A DNA stretch of 64,000 nucleotides from Octopus sinensis (lineage: Eukaryota), in NCBI RefSeq assembly GCF_006345805.1, contig NC_042998.1:119660001-119724000 (forward strand). The letters are read 5' to 3'. The notes under the pieces are model-generated. The model was not told the DNA's origin. It ran no database searches and worked only from the letters and a program-made list of their open reading frames with translations. Both the position numbers and the translations under genes were made by a program. How positions within the stretch are numbered: the first letter of the stretch is position 1; the number at the start of each line of letters is the position of its first letter. Shown one piece after another: positions 49,393 to 63,486 of the stretch.

Positions 49393-51429
49393 AATTCACA
49401 TATCACATTTTATTTATTGGTATTTTCTTTTCTTTTCATAAATATTGTTTAAACTTAAGTATTACTCCAGTAAGGCCAGAGCCATAGTGGTTTGGTTCAA
49501 ATAAAGTTAAATGCATGTAGTCAAGAAAACACTCAGTTTTATGATATTCCTGCTTAGGTCAAGGGTGTATTCAGACAGTAGAACTAAATTTATAACATCA
49601 AATATGGGTTCTTTTTTTTTTTTTTTTTTTTAAGATGGTAGTCTGGTTTGAGATTTGGCTTCTGTTTCTAATAGGTTAAGTGACTGTGAAGAAACTCTCT
49701 CATTGGCTTGTATGCATTATAGTTTCGCTTTTAATTCCATTTACAGATTAGTCTGTTAGGTTCTTAACCCTTTAGCATTCACATAATTCTGTCAACAAAA
49801 GTAATGCTTATTTATTCACATTGTTTTGAATTACTCATGCATTATTTTGTAACTTTGAGAGTTTCTATGAAGCAACTTGATTTTTAGAATAATAATGTAG
49901 GGTAGGTGTGAGAGGCCAGATCTGACCAGTTGATTTGTAATTTCCGTTAATTATCCTACTGCCTTGTGTGTGTCTGTAGAGGACTCCCATACCATTTTGA
50001 TGTTTAAAGGGTAAATTCTGCTTAAAAACTGTTTTTCTTTTAAATTTTATATTGCAATTGGGAAACCATAGTGTTATAGGTAACACATTTTCCAACAGAG
50101 CAACTATCACAACAAAATTTATTTGAAAGGTGCTAGTTTTTTGTAGTTTACCCAATATTTATAGTCTTCAGTAATGTACATTGGTAAAAGGCCAGCATGA
50201 TTTCATCCATTCTATCATTATCTGTCCATTTTCAGCTAGCATGTGTTTCACAAGTCTTATCTAGCACACACACACACACGCACGCATGGCTGTGTGATTG
50301 CAGAGTTCACAACATGGTTCAGGTTCCATTACACTGCATGCTACTATTGAGCAAGGCCTTGGGCTGACTAGTATTTTGTGACTGTATTTGTCAGGTGGAA
50401 ACTGTACGGGAGTCTCCATATAATGTATAAACTCTATATTTACATGCATGCACGTCTTTACATTGACACCATTTGGACAATGGTGATATGGTTACATTTT
50501 CCATTGACAATACATCTTGTAATTCAGTTGTTTCAACACAGGAGACCAATGGAATAACATCTTACTTGAAAAACAGGTAAAGGTTAGTAACAGGAAGAGC
50601 ATTCAGTTATAGAATATTACCTACAAGAAGTCTTGTCTAAACTACACCAGCATGGAATAAGCAGACATAAAAACAATGTTAGTTATATATGCACAATGGC
50701 CTGCTGTCTACCAAATTCCACTCCCAAGTCAATCCAAGGCTTTGATAGAAGACACTCAAGGCGCTATGCAGTAGATTCAAATCTGGAATTATGTGGTTGC
50801 AATGCAAACTTCTTAACCACACAGCCATGCCTCTAGTATATCTTATTCACACCAGCCCAGTATGTATATCTGCACCCCTCCCCTCTCTCCCTCCCTCCCT
50901 CCCTCTCTTTCTCTCTCTCTCTCAGCTATTTTAATACCATCCATTTGTACACAATGATATGAACTAACAAGCCACTCCACAATTATAGAGCTACCGTGGT
51001 TTTCCGAAAATCTACCCAAGGCTGTTAAACGGAAAATTCTATTTTACAAAACTATTTTTTGGCTTAAATAAGCACCCATGGGCAGTAATATGGAAGTAAA
51101 ATATTTCACTTAGGAAAATCTAAGATATTCTCAAAAAAAACTTCTTTATTTTTACAATTCCATTGAACTTCTATCGTTTCAGTTAGCAGATATATAGACA
51201 AAGAAACTGAAACAGCCTTAAAAGAAATAGAATATTAAAAAGTATTCTGAAGTTAACAATGGATCTATTAGGAAATATTGAAAATTAAACTGTTGAAAAC
51301 ATGACTAGAAGCCTCGTATGAACAAATAATGTCCTTTGGCATTTATGGTTAAATAATAACCGAATAGTTTCAAGTTAAATGTCATGAATTTCTTCATTTG
51401 TTGCTTAGCCATAATTCACATCAGAGCTA

Positions 51430-52235
51430 ATTTCACTTCTATCTCACCTTCTTCAATTTTGTCATTATGCGCATCTGGTGCATTTACTAAAGGGCCAGAC
51501 AAAACGTCCTATAAGCATGAGTTTAAGAGTTCTACAGTCTGTCCATGAGGAGCAATTCCACAACATTCAAAAACACGCTTTATAGTTTCTTTAAACAGCC
51601 TGGGTTACAAAGTTCACTATCTCTTGATAAGGTTTTTTACGATATCCTTTATTTGTATACTCCTTTTTGCCATTTGAAAACCATTTCACCCATTCAGCAT
51701 GAAGAGCTTGAAAGGACCAATAATTGATACGTCTAACAGCTGCAAGTAAGATGTAGTTTTAGGAGGTATAAGTTTAAGAATTGTATTCCTACATTTGAAC
51801 ACTTCTAGGAGCTCTGTTTTCTTGTGCACTGAGCATAGAATACTTGTGCTGTTCTCTGCCCAAACACTTTGTCAGCCCACAGCTGCATGAGTTCATATGT
51901 GATTGATCCCCTGTTGGAGACTGCTAAGTAAATATTCTTTGGGAACTTGATTTTAGGCACGTTTTTCAATCCTTTAAGGATAATCATTGTTTTCAACATC
52001 TTTTCTGCAGCATTAACACACAATACAGTAAAACGAACTTTTATAGCACCACAGTGGCTAGCAGCTACATTTTTACTGCCAACAAAGTCTATATCAACAT
52101 ATACAGGTGTTTCATCCACATTATAAATCTTGTCAGCATCCTTATCTGCTGTTAATACTGGAATGCTATCTAGATAGTCACTGGCGATTTGTGCCTTTTT
52201 TCTGTACCTTTCAGCAGTTAGTTTTTATACAATGC
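51430..52235 (-). pseudogene. Degenerate pogo/Tigger-like DDE transposase
   Basis: IYNVDETP...G.K.V...G..KVRFTV...KTMIILKG (ORF 51805-52119), then after a frameshift IPPKTTSYLQLLDVSIIGPFK and FECCGI. These are DDE_1-type motifs. Confidence 0.85.
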
Positions 52236-55200
52236 TAATGCTGTTTTAAAGTCCCAAATTGATTCCGATTGACTCATTCAGCCTTGCCTTATTTAAGGCA
52301 ACAGGTCTATACGACTGCATTGAACCATTTATCAACTTGGTGTTCACAAAAGTTGTAGTGCAGATGTCCGCGAGAAAATTCATTTAAGTAAAAGATATCA
52401 TTGGTTGTGAAAAAGTTGGACCTATTAGACATTTTCTATGTTGGATTGCTTTGCCGTTTCTATTTGGCAGTGAAAAAAAATTTACGCAATAAAGGGAGAT
52501 AAAGAGTTGCACTATTTATCTCCCTTTGATGCAGGCTTTTTCTCTTTAACAATTAATCATATTCAATATTATTACACTAAAATACTCAAGTGGGCTTTTC
52601 TCTCCTATTAATACGAAATGTTTGAAGTATATTTCCCACCATCTTAATTTTGTTTTTACATTTATATAGTATTCTGAATAGTTCATTCTATAGTTTATCC
52701 CCAACACTGTCAATGAAAATTGACTGTTAAAATTCGAGATACCCCCCACCCCCCAATATCAAACATTCTACGAAAATATAGTGCTCAAAAACTGGATTTT
52801 GCATAGATGAAGACGAAAAATCATTTCTAATTAACTTTTCCTCATCCTTTAACGTCCAACCCATGCTGGCATGGGTTGGGCTTTTGACCGGAGCTGCACT
52901 AGATTCCCATCCTAATGCCAACCACTTTACAGTGTATGCTGGGTGCTTTTAACATGGCACTGGCAAGAGAGCTTTTTACATGGCATCAGCACAGGGCTCT
53001 TGCAGGCTAGTCCTCTTCATCAGGAGGAGTGACATTAACACTTCCACTGTGGAGGATGAGTCTTGAGGGATCTTGGTGAATGTAAAATGTATCAGCACAA
53101 ATATATAGAGTATATTAGACAGATTTGCCTTTCAAAATTACAGGAAATATTTTACCAGCATTGTGAGTTTTTTGGTTGCTTTTTTTTTACATATGGCATG
53201 AAACCAATAATTTAGTCAGTGTTTGATGGTGTATGAAATTAGAATTTGACTAACATTTTACATGTGACTCAAGTTGATAATACAGTTGATTTGTGCAGAA
53301 ACTAGAATAATCTTTAAAAAAAAACCTATTAGAAATATGATTATCATCATCATTTAATGTCCATTTTCCATGCTGGCATGGATTGGACTCATTATCATTT
53401 GATGTTCATTTAAGCTTTAGTAATGTGGATCTTTGAAGAATTATTATGACTGTGAAACGCCAAGTTTTCCTCTTGTCATTAGAAGTATTATTATATTTCA
53501 GTCAACATTCCATTGCCTCAAATTAAGAAGTATTAAAGGGGACTTCCAGTTCTAATATCAGTTTCTTTTGATTAATTGCAAAGTCTGAGATTTACAGATA
53601 AGTAATGGGATATTGTAATGTTCATGTCACTTTCAAAAGTTTAGCAACTATAAGTTGTAGAAACTTTGCCGGCTAAGACCGGAGCCTGGTGCAGCCTTCT
53701 GGCTTCCCAGATCCCTGGTCGAACCATCCAACCCATGCTAGCATGGAGAACGGACATTAAATGATGATGATGATGAAGTGAAGGGAGTAGACTTCACCTG
53801 CTAATAGAAACTCAGTTGAGCACTCAGCTTTAGAAATAAAGGCTTTAGATTTTGATGGAAAGATGATTGTAAATTAATGATGATGTAACATAAAATAATA
53901 GGTGCAGTATGGCCAAACGGTTTAGAAGTTAAAACATTTTATGTGGCTTCAGGTTGACTCTCTCATCAAGACTTACTGTTGTTTAGCTCCTGTTTTCATT
54001 GTTCAGTCAGACCTACAATAGTGATACAGCAAATTACACAGTGATCTACAAGTCCATCTCGTGTTTCAGTCTGGTCTGAGATTAATATCTTGACCATTTT
54101 TTTCAGCATACAACAGAAGTAAAAAAGAGAAGACATGTAATTTCATTTTTTTTTTATAGAATTTTCATCTGCGTGGTTTCTGAGAAACAGCTGTCTGCTA
54201 TTAAAACATATTAAATCATGTCATAAATTGTGGATTTATGGGCAAAACAGAAACCTGGTAACATAAACTATTATATGTAATGAATCCCTATGGTGCTACT
54301 ACTACACTGTTACACACTTCTTAAGCAGGAATGTATATTCATTTCTTTTCTCTTGTAGTACTATGATCAATATCATAATATAGACATAATAATTCCCTAT
54401 CAGATAGCTAATTTATGAATTATAAGACAGTCAAGATGTTGGCTGTTCTCATCCTGTCATTGATGTTGTATGCTACCAGTATACCAAGCTTGAAAGTAGA
54501 TATAAATCACTATTGTAAATGGGCAGCAATAGCATTATAATTGATGTATAGGTTTCTGTAGGAATTATCCCGAGAGATTTCTCTTAGTTGCTTAATGTTA
54601 TAGATAGGAAGTGGAGATAAGCACTGTCCCAGTAGGTATTTAGGCCCAAGTCAACACTAATCAATCTATCTGATTAAAGTAATTCCAACTATGATTGTCT
54701 CATCAACATCCAGTACAATATATTAGCTAATGTATCCTGATTTTAAGATGACTGTGTGTGATTTGGTTACTGTTTATAGCTGGCCAATAAACTGTATTAA
54801 GAATCAATAGTGATGTATGTGCTGTGCAGTTGAAGGAAAGCTTCTATCAACCCATGTTTAGGGTCTTATTTCATTTCAAAGTTCTAGTTTTTTCTCTTAT
54901 TCCTAGTACATTCTTTTCTCAGTTTCACTATTAAGTATTTGCATGTTCAGTCAACTGAAGGTCTTTTTTATTAGAAGTACAATCTAGCTAATTAGCATCC
55001 ACAAAGTTTTTATTTACCAATTTCACTCACAGTACTTGGGTTGACTTGAGGTGATGATAAAAGACATTTACCCAAAATTTTGTGCAGAAGAATCAAACCT
55101 GGGATTTCCTGATTGTGAAGCAAACTTCTTAACCATTTAGTCATGTCTGCAATCCATAAAGATATAACGGAATAGTTAATTGGTTACATCCTAAATACCT

Positions 55201-56389
55201 TAAGGCAACAAAGAAACTGTAATTATGTATGCTCCATCTCTTGAAATTTAATATGATTCTGATAAATCATAGCAGATTGTTTATTCTTCTCATTTAAAAT
55301 AATTATCTATTAATGTTGCTTAATTTGTGGTAGCACAAAGGGAAATGGAGCCAAAATTATGAACATTAGAAAACCTTGTAAGTTTATTGTTATGAAGTGC
55401 AATATAAACCAGAATCTAAGGAAACAAGTGGTTGCCTGTGCCAGGCTCTGCTTGAAGTGAAATGGTATGGATCATATTTTCCCATTAGCACACACACACT
55501 CTTTTATTGAAATCTGAGAACTTGACCTGCTCTTACAGGAAGCAGATTGTGTTAACAAAAAATACTCCAGTGAAAATGTCATGCAATGCATCATAAGGTC
55601 AAACTATGTGAGAGATGTGTGTATGGCAGACATGTCTAACCCATGACATCTAAAAGTAAACAATTGTAAAACTGACGATGTTTTCAAACATTTTTTAGTT
55701 CATCGAGGAAAGAAAACTTGCAATAAATTTTCTCAACAGATTAAAACTAGGACTAAAATCACATGTACAAAAAAATTTGAAAACGGATAGATAACTAAAG
55801 ATTTTTTTTTCTTTTCTACATTCCCATTTTTGTATCTTATCTTACTGGTTAGGATTTTTTTTTAAATTAGTATATTTACATCTTGCTCAAGCAGGTATTT
55901 TCACAGATACATTGTGTTTTTTAACCTCCAGTGTCAGCTTTTATTTTAACGGATCTGTGAACAAAACCATTCCAATTGAGACCAACCTATCTTATCTTCA
56001 GGTATCCTTAATATCTTTATGGTTTAATCAATGACAAATTAACAGAACTGCTAATATCAGGTAAAATGCTTCACTGCATTTGTTCCAGTACTTTGAGTTA
56101 AAATTTTACTGTTATCAACTTTGCATTTCATCCTTTACCAACCAAGCACCAGGATCTCCCCCCCCCATGAAATGACTGTTCAGACCTTGAGAGGAATGAG
56201 CTCAACCAGGTTAAAAATGCCCAAGACAAGCCAAATATCATGACACCTCTGCAAATTTAGCAGGAGTTAAGGTTCCCCACTGTTATCTCTCTATCTATAC
56301 ATGGTATTTATTTATCTCTCACCAGATAGGGCACTTTTTTGTTAATTTTACCATCACAGAACAGTTCACTATATATATATATATATATA

Positions 56390-57813
56390 TTGGGTCATCC
56401 CATAAATAATGTAAATGTATTTTTTCATTTGCATGAACTAAAAGTTGGAGGTGAGTGGGCTTAAACTACTTGCATCAACTTGCTATAAAAGCAGCTAGAA
56501 ATTTTACTTTGTCCTTATTCTTGGTGCAAGTTCTGAAGAGTAGTTCGATTTTTGAGTTATTTTTTCAAAGCTATAATGAAAGTGACAGAGGAACATATTT
56601 GGCATATTTTCCTTTATGAGTTCAATACACACAACAATGCAATGGAAAGTGCAAGGAATATTAATGCAGTATATGGGGATTGGACAATAAGCATAAGCCA
56701 GTGTCAACAATGGCTCCAGAAATTCCAAGCCAGAAACTATAGCCTAGAAGATGAGCTTTGTCCTGGAAGATCTGTAGAGCTTGATGAAGATGTCCTGCAA
56801 ACCCTGATGGAACAAAATATAGTAACTGTTAGGGATCTAGCAGAAAAGCTTGGATTTGGTCATTCAACAATTCATCAACACCTGTGTGCCATCAGAAAAG
56901 TCAGTAAATTGGGTCAATGGATTCCTTTCCAAGTCTAATCACTCTCAGAATGAACGAATGAACCTTTTTTGGACCGAATAGTGACTGGTGATGAGAAATG
57001 GATTCTCTATAAAAATGTCAAGTGCCAAAGACAGTGGGTATCCCTCTCTCTCTCTCTCTCTTTCGGAGAGGCACTGAGCAGCTATACGCACACATACACA
57101 CACGGCAGTAACTTCCACCTACCGAATTCAATCACAAAGCTCCGGTCGGTTCGGGGCTATAGTGGAAGACACCTACCCAAAGTGCCACGCAGTGGGACTG
57201 AACCCGAAACCATGTAGCTAGGAAGCAAGCTCCCTAACCACACAGCCATGCCCGCGGAAAGGAGAAACACCACCACCCAGGCTAAAGGTCTTCACCCATG
57301 TAAGGTGTTATTATCTGTTTGGTGGGATATGAAAGGTTTAGTCCACTTTGAACTTTTTTAACCCGAACCAAATGATAACAAAGGAGATCTACTGCAAGCA
57401 GCTTAAGTCAGCACTAGAGAAAAAATGACCACTTTTGGTTTCAAGATACAAGGTGTTCTTCCATCAAGATAATGCTCAGCCACATACAGCAAGAATGACA
57501 TTCGAAAGGCTGGAGCAGCTTGAATGGGAAATGATGTCTCACCTACTATATTTACCGGACATTGCCCCATCTGGTAATCATTTGAATGGAAAAAATATAA
57601 ATTCTATAGATGAGGACAGAACAATACTGGAGGAGTATTTTTCATCTGAGACAAGTGAATTTGGGAGAAGGGGCTTGCAAGTCTACCGGATAGATGAAAG
57701 AGCATTGTAGAAAATGAAGAGTATATTTTAGATTAATAAAGAATTTTGTTTATCTTAATTTTGAAAAATAAAATAAATATTAAAAAAACCACATTATTTA
57801 TGGAATGACCCAA
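56390..57813 (+). mobile_element. Dead mariner (Tc1/mariner) DNA transposon with TIRs and TA target duplication
   Basis: TIRs TTGGGTCATCCCATAAATAATGT / ACATTATTTATGGAATGACCCAA are flanked by TA. Transposase remnants: HTH region (ORF 56552-56938), IVTGDEKW, HQDNAQPH and LPDIAPS. Stops, frameshifts and a nested SINE are present. Confidence 0.92.
57063..57256 (-). mobile_element. tRNA-derived SINE nested in the mariner transposase
   Basis: Minus strand reads GGCTGTGTGGTTAG (A box) ... GGGTTCAGTCCCAC (B box) ... GGCACTTTGGGTAGGTG. It interrupts the transposase between QWVS and KGETP. Confidence 0.8.
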
Positions 57814-58639
57814 TATATATGCAAGAGAGAGAGAAAGAGAGTGTGTATATGTGGCAGATGGAGAGTACAATGCTCATAGTGATCAATAATTTCATCTTTG
57901 TTTCTGGGTCTTAAAAGTGTTAATCAAATAAAGAATGGAGTTAATAGATATGGTGATAGTGAGTTGTATGGAAGTAGGTAGTATTAAGTACAGTGGTGGC
58001 TCATAGATAAAATTAGTTAGGGTGCTGCTTCAAAAAATTTTTAGCAATTGTTGTAATATGGTGTAAAAGAAAACAAACATAAAAAGAAATTTATACATAA
58101 ACTTGATCGGTTCATGTTTTAGCCACTGCCAGGTAGTGTGTTTAATTTGTTCACTGAACACCACCGTGAATTCTCCCTTGTTTTTCACTCCCCCCCTCCT
58201 TAATCACAAAATAAGTGGGGAAAATTTGCACTATTTTTCAAATCCTGGCAGCAACACTAGTTGGAAGAAGGATAATAATCTAATTCTATCACATTCAAGA
58301 ATATAAACACTTTTTTAAGTACAACACATGTAGAGTCAAAAAGAAACTCTAAATTTCACCAGCACACCAGGGTCGGCACTACGTGAAGCACAGTGCTCTC
58401 TCTCCCTAGCGTGCAGCTTCCTATCTTGGACATGTGAGCATGTGCACAACAGCCAAACACCGTGTCACTGGAACTGTGAAGTGCCCAGTTCTATACAAGG
58501 ATTTTTATATTTTTTCATAAACTAGGGTATGGCTACTGACATTAAGCTTAAGGATTATATAATGTACAATTATAAAGAAAGAATTAAAGAAAAACGGACT
58601 CATTATATTGAATGTTATTGATAATATCGATTGGAAATA

Positions 58640-58900
58640 GAGGGTGCTGTAGTGCCTTCTGAAATCAGAGTAGCCAGAGTAAGAATAGGTTGACAATTAA
58701 GGTTTTCTCTCTCAGTGAAAGGCAGTCTGTATGATATTGCAGGGTTGCAAGAATGGAAACCTTGAATGCAGAAGACAACAACCTGTTAGAAATGTTTATT
58801 ACATTCTCACCAGGAAACTGGATGGAAGGGCTAATGTAAATAACAAAACTATTCCTGGCAAAAAATGCACTATACAATATAGGTTAGTGGATAGTGATTT
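58640..58900 (+). mobile_element. Highly degenerate RTE ORF fragment
   Basis: Readable remnants SRVARVRIG and KGSLYD resemble the C-terminal part of the 18481 ORF. Confidence 0.5.
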
Positions 58901-59666
58901 CAGAGTTGGAGCTAGGTAGTGAAAACAACAACCTATCTTGTTGTCCACCTACCTATCTAAACATGCATAATTATCCTCCCAACAATCTACATAGATAGCT
59001 ATCAATCTACTGTACATCTACCGGACTGTCTTCCTGTGCATTTAGATGGCTATCTCTCTACGGGCATGACCACTTATATCCACATATCTGTTCATTTACC
59101 AGTCAGTCTGTCAGTATAACAACACATATATATGTTTGCATGTCCATGTTCCTAGCTATCCACATTTCTGCTTGTCTGTCTTTCTATCTCCTCATCCCTT
59201 TTCATATAATTTTAATCGTGTATATATGCGTATGTCTGCATACAATTATAAATACACATCCCAATATCACACGAAGGGAGATAAATCTCTCAGATGATGG
59301 CCTGAATTAACACCCCTATCTCACGAGATACTCATATTACATTGTGTATTTCAAATGGAGAAGGCCTGGAATGTTTTATAAATTTTCGATCTGTCTCTAA
59401 TTCACCATAGACTAATCATTTTGATTTGTTCTTTGTTGGAGAACCCCAAAATTTTTCTAAGCTTTTATGCAAATTTGTTATTACCTTGGCCAGTGCAACT
59501 ATGATAATAAGTATATAATGAAAGTTTTTGGCCTGCATATAAGAGTTGTGTTTTTTATCAGTTCTTCATAGTTGTTCTGTTCCCCAATTTTTGATGAGAC
59601 ATTTGCATCTGTAAGGCAGCTGATTTCTAGAACAGTTCATGATTTTTTTGCTCCCTGTTCAATACA

Positions 59667-59850
59667 ATATGTGTGTATATGTATGAGTGTATGTGTGTTT
59701 GTGTGTGTGTGTGTGTATATACATATACATACATAGTGTGTATGAGTGTGTGTGTATATATATATATAGTGTGTATGCGTATGTGTGTATGAGTGTGTGT
59801 GTGTGTATATACATAGTGTGTATGAGTGTGTGCATATATCTATGTGTATA
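59667..59850. repeat. Compound (TG)/(TA) microsatellite
   Basis: Directly visible. Shorter runs at 11576-11594 (TG), 13272-13296 (AT) and 47253-47277 (TG). Confidence 0.95.
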
Positions 59851-59856
59851 TGGATC

Positions 59857-62800
59857 ATCATTTAACATCTATATTCCATACTGGCGTGGATTGGATGGTT
59901 TGATAGGTCTTCATTGTGATCTAGTGTCTGCTTTTACAATTTCCACAACTGGATGCCCATCTTAATGCCAACCACTTTGCAAAATATTTTTGGGTACTTT
60001 TTTCATGCCACCAGCATTAATGAGGTAGGCATGCAGCTTGCAGAGTACAAACCCAAAGATGTGCAACTTTATGCTAAATGAGAAAAAAGTGGGGTAAAGT
60101 GTGAGAGAAAATGGCCAGAATAGAGCAGGTTTCTTATTGTAGTTGAGCTAAATGACTACTTCTGTTTTAAAATAAAGGGTGAGTTGTTGGTTGGAGCTGC
60201 AAAGCAATAAAAAAATAGCAGTGATGAGGTGTCAGCATGGACCCTCCAGGTTTGACATAGTTAGGAATGAATGGGGTAAGATGGGGCAGGAGTAAATGGG
60301 AGAGTAGAGGATGTTTGATAGTGTGGAGCAACAGAAAAGAAAATACATAAAAAAGAAGGATGAGAGATGATATGTTGTTGGGTAGGGTGCAGGAATGCCT
60401 GAGGCTGGTTTTGCATATGATGAGGTGAGAATTTGGTGGTACAGTGGAGATAGGTGATCAATAAAATTGTGGGTGGTAAGAACAGTATTAATGGATGTAA
60501 AAATGGATAAGTGAAGTGGTTCTGGGTAATAAGAAAAGTAGTATTAAAGAAGAATTGCAGTTAGAGATGCATGGTGGTGGGTGTCTTGAGAAGGAAGGAA
60601 ATTGGACAAAGGGCCTAGTTTTGCATATATTGATATACACACAGCTGTACCAGAATTGTTTTGCCAAGGTGAGCAGGTCTCCTTGAGAATCTCATATCAC
60701 CATCATCCCAGTCTTTTGTCATCTTCTCTGTGAGGTTCAAGATCCAGAGGTCCTTCACCACCTTGTCCCATGTCTTTCTAGGTATCCCTTTTTCATATGT
60801 TCCAGCCACATTTAGTGATTGGCACTTTTTTTTATATACAGTTGTCCTCACCCATATGCATCACAAGACCATACCAGTGCTATTTTCTTTCTTGCACATT
60901 ACATTTGGGTCCCCTTACGTCCAGCTTTACCTTCTGCACATTTGTACCGTCTTTTTATGTACACTTACATTGCACATCCAATGAAGCATGTTTGCTTCAT
61001 TTCTTTGCAGTCATCTCATGTCGTCTGCATTCAAGGCAGTTCTGATACAAGGGTCATACAATTTCCTCTTTAAAGGAAAAGATATTTGTTGTCAGCAGCA
61101 GTAATAACTCCCTGAACATTCTCTAGCCCATTCTTACTCTGGCTACTATACTTTCAGAGCAACTAATTCCTTTGCTAATTACTTCTCCAAAGTAACAAAA
61201 TTAAGAGAAACTATTTTCAGTGTGATCCTATGTACTGTTCCAGTACATCTATACCATACGAAGGTTAGATTCTCAGATAGTTTATAATTTCATATTTCTT
61301 CTCTGTCTATAGATTTATTGGGTACAGCATATGGAGTTTATACCTACTCCTTTTCTACATACATTTCTCTAAAGATTACTAAGGTCCTGTCTTATTTCTT
61401 ACTAAAACCTTCATCCCTGCTAGGTTTAAGACCTCTCAGTTCTAGGACTATCTTCCATGTCAGAAATTTCCTTTCTTATTCCCTTTTAGATTTAGCTATG
61501 AGAAGTAGATCCTCAGCCTATTGGAATTCCCATGAGCTGGTAGTCTTAAACTCATCTGTGATGGCCTGTATGACTATGACGAAGAGGAGGGGACTTAGGA
61601 CTAAACTTTGAAGGACCACCTTCATGCTAAATTTGTCACTAAAATTGTTGACTACCACTTTACTTACGATGCCTTTGTACATAATTTATACAACCTTCAT
61701 AAGCCATTACACCTAGTTTCCTCTGTGACCACCAAATTACTGAGTGTGATCCCCTGTCAAACACTTTCTTCAAATCAACAAAAGCTAGGAATAATGGTTT
61801 ATTCTTAGCTAAGTATTTTTCCTGCAGTTAGCTCACTAAGAAGATTGCATCTATGGTAGCTATGCCAGGAACAAAGCCAAACTGTATCTCATTAGGCTTT
61901 CTCTATCACAAGTCAATTGGGCTACGACTCTTTGTGACCTTCATAATCTGATCTAGTAATTTTATTTCTTTATAGTTGCTTCTCTCTAAGGAATCTCCTT
62001 TTCCTTCATAGCAGTTTACAAGGATACAACTATGTCGGTTATTGAGCATGACACCTTCCTATATGAGTTGATTAAATATCTGGGTAATAATTGCGTATCC
62101 TGCCTCATAAGATTTTTTGAGCATCTCTGCAACCATCTCTGATGGGCCCGTGACATTCCTTCTCTTCATGTCATTGATTGTTTTACTACCACACCGTAGT
62201 AATTGATGGTTCCTCTGTAGGGTCAGCATGAGGTAGCCCCTGCTTTTTCGAGTATGCCTTCATCATTCCAAATACACTTCTCACCAATGGCATTTTGGTT
62301 TTGTCTCACAATCCAGAACTCTTTATGCATCATATCCCTGTGTTGCAGGACACATGCAAGTCTCTTCTTTTCTGCCCCACCTTCAGTCACATATACTCAC
62401 CACATAGATAACATTTCAATTTATTAGGTAATGCTCCCTACCACCACCTTCTTTTCAGATTTTCCAAGCCTTTCTTAGCCTTAACTGTTCTATCAGTTGT
62501 CATTCCACCACCACTACATTATATTTGGTTTGGTTAACACTTTGCTCCAGCCACATGTCAGATCTGTAGCCCTAAGAATATTTCATAGAAGTTCCAAATT
62601 GTCATCTATTCTACAGGTATCTAAATCTTTTTCCCTACAGTCATATGCATCAATTGGAATTTCTCTAAACCGATTCCTAATTACAGGATCTTTGTACATA
62701 GATTCCTTCTTCTAGGTTTGCCTAGCTTCAGTTCTAAAGTCACTAACCACTAAGCTATGTTGCATAGTGCCAGAAATGGTTTTGTCATTTACATTAGCAC

Positions 62801-63483
62801 TTCTGTCTATTTTCCTGGTGATAATGTAACTTGACTTGGGTGTTCACCAGATTGGTAGGTGATGAGGTAGTTGACTGGCTTCTTAAAGTGTGTTTTACAA
62901 ATATTAGATCAAGTGCATCACAGAACTCCAGCTTTTCATTTCTTGAGTCATAACCACATGCCATGGGAGCTATCAACATGTTGGTCAACATATCCATTAA
63001 AAGTCACTAGCCACAGTAATGAGGTCACTGTCAATCATTGTTTATGTAGTCTGCAGAAGGTTTTCATAGAAGTGGTCCTTCTGTTTTTTCTAGCAGTCTT
63101 GCTTGTGGAGCACATGCTAAGAAAAATTTTGAGTTGCCTTTAGTTTGTTTCAACTTAATTATCCTGTCACATACCCTAACTGCCTCAGTTACTTTATCTG
63201 TCCATCTCTCATCTAACAGTATACCTACTCCACCCCTGCTGTCACTGTTATTCACCCAGAAGAATTTGTGCTGCTGTCTTAACCATGAGTAGTTTGGTTG
63301 AGGATCACTTCCATCTTACCTGTTGCATACAGCATCTCCACAATCCCACCAGATCAGCCTTTCATCATGCCTATATTTATGCTTGCTACCCTAAAGTTTT
63401 GGAACTCACAGGAAGAGGGGACATGTCTCCTGTGGTAAAGCTACTAGATTATTTGTTCATCACAGTCTGGCTGCATTAGTACC
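59857..63483 (-). mobile_element. Degenerate near-full-length RTE LINE (endonuclease + RT remnants + 3' tail)
   Basis: Minus-strand fragments GGVGILLDERW..VRVCDRIIKLK (APE-like), FGFVPG..DAIFLV..LQEKYLAK and GIPRKTWDKVV. (GAT)n tail at about 59857. Many stops. Confidence 0.75.
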
Positions 63484-63486
63484 TCA

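Noticed and set aside
50992-52783. TIRs for the pogo element (TACCGTGGTTTTCCGAAA / CGAAAATATAGTG)
   Set aside because: The similarity between the two ends is too weak to call.
59637-59965. His/Thr/Tyr-rich ORFs
   Set aside because: Translations of a TG/TA microsatellite.
63380-63483. HDV-like ribozyme at the RTE 5' end (CTC-TTCCTGT-GAG resembles P3/L3)
   Set aside because: Matching P1 and P2 strands could not be found; only a simple CACAGGA/TCCTGTG hairpin is supported.
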